64,000 nt of DNA from Deltaproteobacteria bacterium (GTDB taxonomy: Bacteria; Myxococcota_A; Polyangia; Polyangiales; Ga0077539), in contig CANJUR010000010.1 in the NCBI GenBank assembly GCA_947477565.1, forward strand, positions 157 to 64,156, written 5' to 3'. A program made the translations under genes and the position numbers. The notes beneath the pieces were generated by a model. The model did not search any database. It saw only the letters and a program-made list of their open reading frames with translations, and was not told the origin of the DNA. Positions 49,194 to 59,523 of the stretch are shown piece by piece; the first letter of the stretch is position 1; every line of letters starts with the position of its first letter.

Positions 49194-51890
49194 TCAGTCG
49201 CAGCCATAACCATTTCTAAACCACGGCATGTATTCGTGTTCTCTCCTTCTCTGTTCGGGAGGTGCCTCTTGAGGACACGCAACCGTCGAGGGCTCCCCCC
49301 ATCGTCGCTCGGGGCAGTCATTCGGGTTGTATCCATGGCTTAGAAATCCAGGATCGCCGACAAGGTCTGCCACGTTGCGATGCCTCGTTTCGCCGTCGCT
49401 TCCGACGTAGCGAACCTCCATCGAGCCAGCGAGCGAGTGCTGCATCGCGTGGACTGCGGCCAGTGATTCCCCGGGCGTCCCGAGAGTACTAAACTGCTCC
49501 GGCGAGCGCTGAAGCAGCGCGGGGAAGTCGCGCACGATGTTCACGGCCACGAAGAGTCGCAAGTCGCGGCAGATCGTCGATAGGTCTTCCCACGGGCCTG
49601 TGGTTGCAAAAACGCCGCTGCCCCGAGGCATCGCGATCACCTCGTGTGGGTGACCCGCAATCCACTGATGCGCTCGATTCGTCACGTCGGCCCGCGACAG
49701 AAACATCCCGTGGATCGTCTCGAGATGCTCCCGATAGACGACCACCGGATCACGCGGAACGGGAGCGAGGAGAGCCTGCATCCGGTCATGGAATTCAGAA
49801 GAATTCAGCGACGATTGTTCATACGAAAGCGGCGCTCCGACGGGTGCGAGTTCGAGTTCTGCGTTGGTTGGAAACACCGCCCACCCCTCACGCCGGCGGG
49901 CGGGTCGAAAAGCTTTGAATCCGGCGCCTGCATGCGAGCCTGACGGCGCGAAGACGAAGTATCCGGGCCAGAATCGCTTGAGTGTCACGAATCCGCCTGG
50001 TTGTGCGTCGATGGCGAGCAGCACGCGACTCCCGTCTGCGGACGGCGTCTGCCAACCGATGAGAATCAGCGTGTGCCCAAACGGGTCAACGTAGACAGTG
50101 CCCGGTCGCAGCGCCGCTGGTGAGAGCGGAACAGGATACAAAAGACTTCGATCAGACCAGTGATCTTCGCGGAGCAGCCATGTTCCGACATACTCTTCGG
50201 CGCCATGGAGAAAGCTCTGAAACCGTCCAGGGCTCGCATTCGATCGCAGGGTCTCGACATCCCGGCAGTGCGCAAGCCCCCCGATTGCATCTTCACATCG
50301 CGGAATACCTACTGGAACATCTAGTTTCCAGCCGAAGTAGCTCCGTAGAAAGATAGAAAGATCCGCGCAATCCGGTCGCATTTCGAGCGCCCCGTTCGCC
50401 CGCCGCTCATCCTCTCCCTGACCCAGAAATCCCCAGAGGACGTTGTGTTCTGCGTCCGCAGTTGCCTCGTGGAGCGATCGCCAGAGTCGTCCCTCCGGCG
50501 CTTTGAAGAGTTGCATCAACCATGCGGAGAAGAGCGCTTCCATGCCCGGTGTCCATGCCCGGTGCGGCTGCTCCCGCGATCGACCCGGTCCGACGTGGAA
50601 GACCTGTGCAGCCCGCACTGAGTCGCCCTGTCGCAGTCGAACGGTCCACTCTCCAGCGGCCGCTGGTGTCCATTGGGCGCGATAGAGATATGGGCCATTC
50701 TCAGCTCCTTCAAGTGGGGTGAGCGGGGCGGTCACCACGGATCCGCCATGGGCATCGAGCAGTTCGACAACCCTCTCTGCAATGGGCTCCCATGCAGCGA
50801 CAAGTATGGGCAGCGACCCGTGAAGATCGCGCTGCAACCGCGGCACGACGAGGGCTACCCGTGGATCGCTCTGCTGCACGGCGCGCGCGGGACTGTGGTG
50901 ATGTCGTGGACGTCGAACATGGGACTCCCGCGATGTTCGTCTCGACGGTGCGACCGAACCCAGAACAGCCGTCTCCAGATCTCTTCGAAGTGCCTCGTTC
51001 TCTGCAGACGCCGGCACTCTGGCGAGGAGCCGTAGGCGCTCGTCGCGCACCCGCGAAGTGAGATCCTCGAGGCGTCGGCGAACCGACTCGAGGGAGTGAT
51101 CGAGATCGTCTGAGCTGTCCGCGGAGGCGTCATAGAGTCGGCGGGCCACGCGCCTCAGTTCATCTTGCGACTGCCGTATGGCTGCCCAGGGAACGACGAC
51201 GTGATAGGGCTCGGTCAGTTCGTTTCGGAGGTCCGGAGGCATCGGCCCCAACAGCGACTCGATCGCCTCGATCTCCTCGGGAGTGGGACCTAGCAACACG
51301 GGTCTGGCATGCAGCCAGCGCCGAGCGAGTGCATCTCGGCCGACCTGAGTTTCGCTTGCGTTGGCCTCTGCTGCGAGCGCCTGAACCCGGATGCGAAGCC
51401 ATCCTTCGAGGCGGCGAAGACGCGGGTCGCCGAGCATTCCCTCGACACGATGGAGGGCATTGCGCACCTCACGATCGAGGGCCTCGTGCCGCAGTTGCGC
51501 GCATTTTTCACGGAAGGACGGCACGCCGAGCATCTCGGCGAGTGCGGCACAGTGTGCGAGAGGTTCGCGAGCGCGCTCGACGTTGTCGCGTCGAAGCCAT
51601 TCGCGCACCTCGCCTTCGAGACGATGACCGGCGGCGTGCGCGATGGCAGGCACTGCGACGGAGCACTCTACTGTTCGCAAGGAGCATCGCGCAGACCACG
51701 CGGAGCTGAGGTCGGACCAGCGATGATCTGCCGAGAGAGTCTCGATTAGACTCTCTACGGCAGATCGTTCATGAGAAGGAGTTGGAAGTCGTTGGGAGAG
51801 GGCTGGATGGCCTACTCCAAAGAGAACGATGATAACGAACAAATATGAAAAAATATTCAGACAACGCAGCGACTTCTTCGGCCGATCCAT
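49194..51890 (-). CDS. large signal-anchored protein with possible transglutaminase/papain-like Cys-His-Asp core
   Basis: The track ORF is 909 aa from GTG 51923, and ATG 51890 (MDRPKKSLRCLNIFSYLFVIIVLFGVGHPALS) is the likely start. It has a hydrophobic N-terminal anchor or signal and a long Arg/Glu/Leu helical region. The candidate core is RPDC(519)ADLSIFLRSYFGW ... PGTVYVDPFGH(617)TLILIGW ... LLAID(639)AQP. The reading frame was checked at nt 50367-50369 (TGC) and 50073-50075 (CAC). Confidence 0.7.
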   Translation of the reverse strand: MDRPKKSLRCLNIFSYLFVIIVLFGVGHPALSQRLPTPSHERSAVESLIETLSADHRWSDLSSAWSARCSLRTVECSVAVPAIAHAAGHRLEGEVREWLRRDNVERAREPLAHCAALAEMLGVPSFREKCAQLRHEALDREVRNALHRVEGMLGDPRLRRLEGWLRIRVQALAAEANASETQVGRDALARRWLHARPVLLGPTPEEIEAIESLLGPMPPDLRNELTEPYHVVVPWAAIRQSQDELRRVARRLYDASADSSDDLDHSLESVRRRLEDLTSRVRDERLRLLARVPASAENEALRRDLETAVLGSVAPSRRTSRESHVRRPRHHHSPARAVQQSDPRVALVVPRLQRDLHGSLPILVAAWEPIAERVVELLDAHGGSVVTAPLTPLEGAENGPYLYRAQWTPAAAGEWTVRLRQGDSVRAAQVFHVGPGRSREQPHRAWTPGMEALFSAWLMQLFKAPEGRLWRSLHEATADAEHNVLWGFLGQGEDERRANGALEMRPDCADLSIFLRSYFGWKLDVPVGIPRCEDAIGGLAHCRDVETLRSNASPGRFQSFLHGAEEYVGTWLLREDHWSDRSLLYPVPLSPAALRPGTVYVDPFGHTLILIGWQTPSADGSRVLLAIDAQPGGFVTLKRFWPGYFVFAPSGSHAGAGFKAFRPARRREGWAVFPTNAELELAPVGAPLSYEQSSLNSSEFHDRMQALLAPVPRDPVVVYREHLETIHGMFLSRADVTNRAHQWIAGHPHEVIAMPRGSGVFATTGPWEDLSTICRDLRLFVAVNIVRDFPALLQRSPEQFSTLGTPGESLAAVHAMQHSLAGSMEVRYVGSDGETRHRNVADLVGDPGFLSHGYNPNDCPERRWGEPSTVACPQEAPPEQRRREHEYMPWFRNGYGCD

Positions 51891-51971
51891 CGAGGGGGAT
51901 GCTCTGGTGCAAATAAATCGCACCGTTGATCGATCATGGAGTTAAATGCCAAATTTGCCGCGCCCTCAGTA

Positions 51972-52211
51972 CTAGTGAGAACACTGCGCCCGACAGGAGG
52001 GAATTGCCTGATTAGATTGAGAGAGGTCCATAGAATGGGCGTTACAATTTAGTCCACGCGAGGTGCACCAGTTATTGAGGCAACGCTCAGCGCATGCCTC
52101 GTCAAGGACGCCACCGCCGCTGGGGCTATTCGCCTCCGCAGGCCTGGGCTGCCCGAGCATGGAGCCACCGAGCACACAGAAGAGCGCAAACACGAACTTC
52201 AAAGACTTCAT
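51972..52211 (-). CDS. small secreted cysteine-rich peptide (79-aa precursor, six Cys)
   Basis: ATG 52211 is preceded by GGAGG with 6-nt spacing. The signal peptide is MKSLKFVFALFCVLGGSMLGQPRPAEA. The mature part of about 52 aa contains six Cys (EAC, ERC, NWC, LNC, PSC, AQC). It lies 48-81 nt upstream of, and co-oriented with, the 909-aa gene. Confidence 0.55.
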   Translation of the reverse strand: MKSLKFVFALFCVLGGSMLGQPRPAEANSPSGGGVLDEACAERCLNNWCTSRGLNCNAHSMDLSQSNQAIPSCRAQCSH

Positions 52212-52217
52212 TCGAAA

Positions 52218-52222
52218 CCTCC
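52218..52222 (-). promoter_or_regulatory. Shine-Dalgarno (GGAGG) for the Cys-rich peptide gene
   Basis: The plus strand reads CCTCC at 52218-52222, 6 nt from ATG 52211 on the minus strand. Confidence 0.55.
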
Positions 52223-52985
52223 TGCACCTGACCATCCCAAACAGCTCTCCACATTAGGAAAGCAAAGGAATGGACCATCAACACGATGATCCACTCCTGT
52301 CCTGCCCTAAGAAATCATTGAATTTTAGAGACATGCGCCGCAGATAGGCCAACACGGCAGAGCACTCGGAAGGGGAGGCACCGTCGGTGGTCCATCCCGA
52401 AGCGGCGGTCATCGGAGCATCTGGAAAGTTTCGTGGTATCGGGCATCGAAGATCCTCTGTGTCGTTGATTGGACGGGCTCTTCTTGGCCATCATGGAAAG
52501 TTCTCGATCGATGATTTTTCGCGCTATTCGTCGATGCTCGCGCTTCTGAACGCGGCCAACGATGCCGTGTGACCCCAGGTATTTGAGCATCTTCTGCCTC
52601 TCGTCGCTAATGATTGACCTCATTTCCGGGGTCCGCGTGGTCGCATCCCCGGCTGCATCACCCGGCCATCGCCCTGAGGCCAAAGAATCACTCTATCCCC
52701 ACGAGGAAGTCCCGCCGTCGCGGGTGTATTCACTGGCGATTCCCGCGGTGGCGCTCCTGGGCTGTTTCGAGGTTTAGCTCGCATGAGCGGAGCAGAGTGC
52801 TCGCTACCTGCGATTCAACCGGCCAATCAAGTCGTAGAGGCCGACGGCGGCAGGCCTTCACGATGGGGTAGCCTCATGCCTGCGAACGTCACAGTCCCCG
52901 CCAGCACCGTCGCCGCCGCAGGGTTCGACTTCTGCTGCACTCCGTAGCCATGCGCGCGCTCGAGGATGCTTTCGCTTTTGGACGC

Positions 52986-54698
52986 TCAGCGCGAGAGCAC
53001 TAGGTAACTGGTGAGTACGATGTTGCCGTAGCCCGCCATGGAGCTGATAACGCGGCCATCGACGGTGGCGGTGTAGCTGAGTTCGTTTTCGGCGCCGGCG
53101 CGCAGCTCGGAGGTCACGTCGATGACGACGGGACGTACGTCCCATCCGGGGCACCAACCGCCGCGGCCGAAGTACCAGGTGCCGTGCTGGTTGGGGACCA
53201 CGCCCTGATCGACCCGTTCCACGCAGCCGTCGGGCGAGCGTGCCTCGGGAAAGTCCACGAGGTGGTCGTGGCCATTGAAGACGAAGTGGTGGCCATGGTT
53301 GCAGAACTCCGCGCACTGGCTGGTCGCCGAGCCGTGGCCAGTGACGAGGACATAAAGTTCTGCGCGGCGGGTGTCTGCAGGGACCGTAAAGCGCTGTGCC
53401 GGGTGCCTCGCCGCCCACGTCGAGTTGAGCGCGCCGCCCTGGAAAAGAAGGCGGGTGTCAAAGGGACGAACCTCCCTGCGGCGATTGCCGAAGCGCAGCG
53501 CCAGGCTCGCGACGTACGGGGCGGGGCGCGGATCAAACTGCCGCGACGCGTACCAGCGGAGGTGTTGCCGTCCGCCCCGGCGCAGCAGCGGGAGCACGCC
53601 GGAGATGTCCGTGACCCATCGGCCCTCGCGCCAGTATGTGGTGATCCATCTAGCGAGTTCGGTGTCGCATCGGAGGATGGGCGCTGGGCCCGCATCCGGG
53701 CTGGCATCGGCGGGGGCGCCAGCGTCGGGGGAGGGCGCCTCTTCGGAGCAGAGCCAGAGGTGCGAGAGGTAGTCCCACGCGCCGCAGTCGCCGTCGCGAT
53801 GGTTGAGGCAGTCTGTGCTGAGGTCGGCCTCGAGCGTGTCAAACGTCGCCATCGTCGCCCCGTCTGGGAGCACGGCATCGATGTCGACGTTTTCGATCAC
53901 CGTGGCGCGGTCGAGCAGAGTGACGGTGGTCGCGGGGTGGGCGGCGAGGTCCTGCTCGCGCGAATACTCGAAGTTGTAATATCGGGCCTCGTTGGCGAGC
54001 AGCGGGAGCTCGAGTCGCAGACCCGTCGCGGTGATTCGACCGAGCTGCCCGACCTCGCGGATGCGCTGGAAGCGATCGACCGCCCACTGCACCGACTCGT
54101 AGCGAGGGACCATGTTCATGGTGGCGCGGCGCGTTCGGTAAAGCTGTCCAAGCCAGGTCTGCGTGGTGTTGAGATCATCGCTGACGTAGTGAAGTCGCTG
54201 CGACCAGTAGTCGCGGTCTTCCTCGCTGAAGCCGGCGAGTTCATCGTCGGTGCGCGCGCGGAGTGCCGCGAGTTGCGTCGAGCCGTTGGCGGGGAGGAAA
54301 AAGTAGTGAACGTTGCGCGGGGACTGCTCGACCAGTGCGCCGACGCTGCCTCCGAGCAGGCTGGTCGAGTAGTTGGACGCATTCACGACGATGAAGACGT
54401 AGCTGTCCTCGTGGGTGAAGTGCTCCTCGAAGACCCACGGCCCGTCCTGGGTCATCACGGTAAACGGCCCGGCCAGGTCGCGTGGTCGGAGTCCGTAGGG
54501 TCCGGACGCAAAGGCGCTGGCGTCCACTACGTCGGCCGCTGGCGCGTCGGCATCGACGCTAGCCTCCGTCGCCGTCGGGGCATCGCTGACCACGTCCTTG
54601 ACCGTCGCGTCGAGCGCGCCCACCGGCGTTGAGGTGTCCTCGCAGCCTGCCGCTCCCAACGCCAACGCACTGACTCCCAAGCACTGCAACCATCGCAT
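52986..54698 (-). CDS. lipoprotein with C-terminal PNGase F-like domain
   Basis: Only the last 570 codons of track ORF 52986..55994 look real (ATG 54698, MRWLQCLGVSALALGAAGC, with a lipobox). The C-terminal 124 aa (nt 52989-53360) read VTGHGSATSQCAEFCNHGHHFVFNG...GCVERV...PNQHGTWYFGRGGWCPGWDVRPVVIDVTSEL. This parallels the SGWGH...GCAEWC...GC...GNWAPDRAGWCPGMAVPTRIDV region of Elizabethkingia PNGase F as I recall it. Confidence 0.75.
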   Translation of the reverse strand: MRWLQCLGVSALALGAAGCEDTSTPVGALDATVKDVVSDAPTATEASVDADAPAADVVDASAFASGPYGLRPRDLAGPFTVMTQDGPWVFEEHFTHEDSYVFIVVNASNYSTSLLGGSVGALVEQSPRNVHYFFLPANGSTQLAALRARTDDELAGFSEEDRDYWSQRLHYVSDDLNTTQTWLGQLYRTRRATMNMVPRYESVQWAVDRFQRIREVGQLGRITATGLRLELPLLANEARYYNFEYSREQDLAAHPATTVTLLDRATVIENVDIDAVLPDGATMATFDTLEADLSTDCLNHRDGDCGAWDYLSHLWLCSEEAPSPDAGAPADASPDAGPAPILRCDTELARWITTYWREGRWVTDISGVLPLLRRGGRQHLRWYASRQFDPRPAPYVASLALRFGNRRREVRPFDTRLLFQGGALNSTWAARHPAQRFTVPADTRRAELYVLVTGHGSATSQCAEFCNHGHHFVFNGHDHLVDFPEARSPDGCVERVDQGVVPNQHGTWYFGRGGWCPGWDVRPVVIDVTSELRAGAENELSYTATVDGRVISSMAGYGNIVLTSYLVLSR

Positions 54699-54767
54699 CC
54701 GTAGCCTCCGTGATGGTGGTTGTATCAGCACTCGCGCGCGGTCGTGACGCCGCCGGATCGATCGTGT

Positions 54768-56138
54768 ATGCCGCCGCGCATGCGCCGTTGGATCGTCCGC
54801 CCCGCGACCCGTCCACTCCGCGGTGCTTTTCGCGTGCCCGGGGACAAGTCGATCTCTCACCGGGCCTTGATTCTCGCTTCGCTCGCCGAGGGGACGAGTG
54901 TCTTGCGCGGCCTCTCGCCGGGAGAAGACGTCGCGCGCACGCGGGCCATCATGGCTTCGCTCGGGGTTGCGATCGGGGATGTCGATGAGCGCACCGCCCA
55001 GGTGGTTGGAACGGGTCTCGGCGGGCTTCGCGCCCCACCCGAGGCAACGCTCGACTGCGGTAACGCGGGCACCTCGATGCGGCTGATCGCCGGGGTGCTC
55101 GCGGCGCAGGGGTTCGACACCATCCTCACGGGCGATGCCTCGCTTTGTCGTCGCCCGATGGGTCGCATCACGCGGCCGTTGCGGGCTCGCGGAGCGCTCA
55201 TTGAGGGCACCATCGATCCGGTGCGTCGGGACGAGACGGCGCCGCTGGTGATTCGTGGACTCACCGGTGGCAAGCGGCTCTTTGCGAGCGAGCAGTCGCT
55301 CTCCGTCGCGAGCGCGCAGGTGAAGTCGTGTCTGCTGCTCTCCGGGCTCTTCGCGGATGGCGAGACTTCCGTGCGCGAGCCGACGCTTTCGCGCGACCAC
55401 ACCGAGCGGATGCTCCTCGCGATGGGAGCGCCGCTGCGCACGATGGGTCCGGTCAGCCAGATGGACCCGAGTGGATGGGACGGGGTGCTCGCGCCGCTCG
55501 ACATCGAGGTGCCGGGAGATCCTTCTGCAGCGGCGTTTTGGGTGGTCGCGGCGCATGTGGTCGAGGGCTCGCGAGTGCAGATTCGCGGGGTGGGCATCAA
55601 CCCGACGCGCACGGGCTTTCTTGAGGCGCTGCGCGACCAGGGTGGCGGGGCAGGGGTGGTGCCCAAAGGGGAGGTGGGGGGCGAGCCCGTTGGTGATCTG
55701 CACGTGGGTGTTGGCGGCACCGGGACGCTGCGGCGATCGGCGCATGTGGCGGGCGAACTGACCGCGCGGTGCATCGATGAGATTCCGGCCCTGGTGGCCG
55801 CGGCGGCAGTGTCCCCGGGGGAGAGCCGCTTCGAGGATCTCGCGGAGTTGCGGGTGAAGGAGAGCGATCGAGTGGCGTCGCTGGCGGCGATGCTGGGAGC
55901 GTTTGGCATCGAGCACCGGGTATCGAGCGATGGGATGACGGTGGTCGGCGGTCGCCCTCGGGGTGGGGCTGTGATCGCGACCCACGGGGACCATCGCATC
56001 GCGATGGCGGCGGCGGTGCTGGCGTTGGGTGCGGCGGGCGAGACGACGATCGAGGACACCGCGTGCGTCGATACGAGCGACCCGGACTTCGTGACGATCT
56101 TGCGGGGTCTCGGTGGGGAGATCGAGGTGAGCGGATGA
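54768..56138 (+). CDS. aroA: 3-phosphoshikimate 1-carboxyvinyltransferase (EPSP synthase)
   Basis: Carries LRGAFRVPGDKSISHRALILASLAEG, plus later LDCGNAGTSMRL and ELRVKESDR. The track start, TTG 54720, would leave only 21 nt to the divergent gene, so ATG 54768 or ATG 54780 is preferred. Confidence 0.9.
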   Translation: MPPRMRRWIVRPATRPLRGAFRVPGDKSISHRALILASLAEGTSVLRGLSPGEDVARTRAIMASLGVAIGDVDERTAQVVGTGLGGLRAPPEATLDCGNAGTSMRLIAGVLAAQGFDTILTGDASLCRRPMGRITRPLRARGALIEGTIDPVRRDETAPLVIRGLTGGKRLFASEQSLSVASAQVKSCLLLSGLFADGETSVREPTLSRDHTERMLLAMGAPLRTMGPVSQMDPSGWDGVLAPLDIEVPGDPSAAAFWVVAAHVVEGSRVQIRGVGINPTRTGFLEALRDQGGGAGVVPKGEVGGEPVGDLHVGVGGTGTLRRSAHVAGELTARCIDEIPALVAAAAVSPGESRFEDLAELRVKESDRVASLAAMLGAFGIEHRVSSDGMTVVGGRPRGGAVIATHGDHRIAMAAAVLALGAAGETTIEDTACVDTSDPDFVTILRGLGGEIEVSG

Positions 56139-56833
56139 GTGGAGGGCGAGGGATCGTGGTGGCGATCGACGGTCCGGCGGGCGCTGGCAAGAGCACCGTT
56201 GCGAGGCAGGTCGCGAGCGCGCTGGGCTATACGTTGGTGGACACGGGGTCGCTCTACCGTGCGTGTGCGCTGGTGGCCGAGCGTGCGGGCGTCGCGATGG
56301 ACGACCGTGCGGGCGTCGAGGCGGTGGTGGCGGCGGCGGTGGTGGCGGGCACGCTGCGCCTTGAGGCGGGCTCTGCGGGGCTCACTCGCGTGGTTGTTCA
56401 TGGAGAGGATCCGGCGGAGGCGCTGCGGACTCCGGCGATGTCGATGGGGGCGAGCGCCGTGGCGGCCTTCCCGGGTGTGCGCGAGGCGTTGCTCGATGCG
56501 CAACGGGCATTTGGGAGCTCCGGGGGAGTGGTGCTTGAAGGTCGGGACATCGGGACGGTGGTGTTTCCCCGGGCGGAGTTGAAGGTCTTCTTGACGGCCT
56601 CGGCGGAGGAGCGGGCGCGGCGGCGGTGCGGCGAGTTGCGGGCGAAGGGCATCGATGCGGATTACGCGGTGACGCTCGCAGAAGTGCTGCAGCGCGATCA
56701 CCAGGATGCGAGCCGGGAGATTGCTCCGCTGCGGGAGGCGCTGGACGCCGTCCGGGTGGACAGCAGCGCGATGAGGCCCTCGGCGGTGGTCGCCGCGATC
56801 GTCGCGTTGGCCCGGGCGCGCGGGGCGGTTTGA
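56135..56833 (+). CDS. cmk: cytidylate kinase
   Basis: Starts at the internal ATG 56135, overlapping the aroA stop (ATGA). Has the P-loop IVVAIDGPAGAGKSTVAR and DTGSLYRA. The aroA-cmk-rpsA order is widely conserved. Confidence 0.9.
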   Translation: MSGGRGIVVAIDGPAGAGKSTVARQVASALGYTLVDTGSLYRACALVAERAGVAMDDRAGVEAVVAAAVVAGTLRLEAGSAGLTRVVVHGEDPAEALRTPAMSMGASAVAAFPGVREALLDAQRAFGSSGGVVLEGRDIGTVVFPRAELKVFLTASAEERARRRCGELRAKGIDADYAVTLAEVLQRDHQDASREIAPLREALDAVRVDSSAMRPSAVVAAIVALARARGAV

Positions 56834-57025
56834 CAGGTTTTGGGGATTGCTCTAACAGGCTCGGCACTCAGTCCCAAAGGGTTTCAACGACCCAAAACGC
56901 TCCTCGGGCTGAGATTCACAGCGCTTCGTCTCCTGAGTGGTCACGTGCGGCGATGGTCGTCGCGGCGAACCGTTCGGGGCTGAACTTCGCGAGGCGCGCG
57001 AGGGGGAAGGTCAGAGAACGACTGC

Positions 57026-58804
<1,779 letters not shown>

Positions 58805-58949
58805 TCTCCGCCTCCCGCTCTCTCCCTCCTCCCTGATTTTCCCTTCCATCGCTCCAACGCGCGGCGCCCCCCCCTCACTGGGGAAATAGGTTCGCCGCGG
58901 AGTTGGGTTGCGTCCTGCGGCGTCGCGCGCGACCCTGCGCGCCGCTACC

Positions 58950-59519
58950 GTGACAAGTCGAAATAACAATCTTGGACGGCTCTGGGCCCCATGGCGGATG
59001 GAGTACATCCGTGGACCCAAGGAGCCGGGGTGCATCTTCTGTCGCTACCCCGCCGAGGACCCCGCGCACTACCCTGAGCGCTACGTCCTCTGCGTGCGCG
59101 CCGACGCGTTCGTGATGCTCAACAAGTATCCCTTCGCATCGGGCCACCTGATGGTGGTCCCGCGGAGACATGCGAGCGATCTCGGTGAACTGAACCCAGA
59201 CGAGCACGCGGCTCTCTTCGAATTGGTGCGTGCTTCTGCTTCGGCGCTGAAGATCGCAGTCAATGCCGAGGGCGTTAACATCGGTATCAACCTCGGTGCT
59301 TCGGCGGGCGCGGGCATCGCTGAGCACCTACACGTGCACATCGTTCCGCGGTGGCGCGGGGACATGAACTTCATGCCCGTGATCGCTGATCTCCGCGTGA
59401 TGCCCGAAGCGCTCGACGCGACCTTCAGGCGACTTGCGCCGTACTTTCGGCCGCTCGGCGACGCACCGGTAGAGGCCGCTCCGAGCGGTCGCCGTCGGCC
59501 ATCACGGAAGGTGCGTTGA
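58950..59519 (+). CDS. HIT family protein
   Basis: Carries LWAPWRMEYI, NKYPFASGHLMVVPRRH and the histidine triad EHLHVHIVPR. The start is uncertain, either GTG 58950 or the track start at 58908. Confidence 0.8.
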   Translation: MTSRNNNLGRLWAPWRMEYIRGPKEPGCIFCRYPAEDPAHYPERYVLCVRADAFVMLNKYPFASGHLMVVPRRHASDLGELNPDEHAALFELVRASASALKIAVNAEGVNIGINLGASAGAGIAEHLHVHIVPRWRGDMNFMPVIADLRVMPEALDATFRRLAPYFRPLGDAPVEAAPSGRRRPSRKVR

Positions 59520-59523
59520 GAAG

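Larger units (their letters stand above)
47735..52985. other. compositionally atypical (lower-GC) block, island-like
   Basis: Hand counts give 29/60 GC for line 47761-47820, 28/60 for 52261-52320 and 36/60 for 50101-50160. The flanks give 46/60 (47281-47340) and 41/60 (53101-53160). The block's ORFs use AT-ending codons and A/T runs that are rare elsewhere in the window. Confidence 0.6.

Noticed and set aside
52262-52277. Sigma54-like TGGTCC-N6-TTGC upstream of the Cys-rich peptide gene (minus strand).
   Set aside because: GG and GC are separated by 11 nt, not the required 10, and sigma54 promoters tolerate essentially no spacing change.
52918-52935. tRNA T-arm-like sequence GCAGGGTTCGACTTCTGC near the right edge of the low-GC block, a possible att remnant.
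   Set aside because: The stem pairs only 4 bp with a 10-nt loop. There is no adjoining acceptor, anticodon or D arm, and no matching copy or intact tRNA at the left edge.
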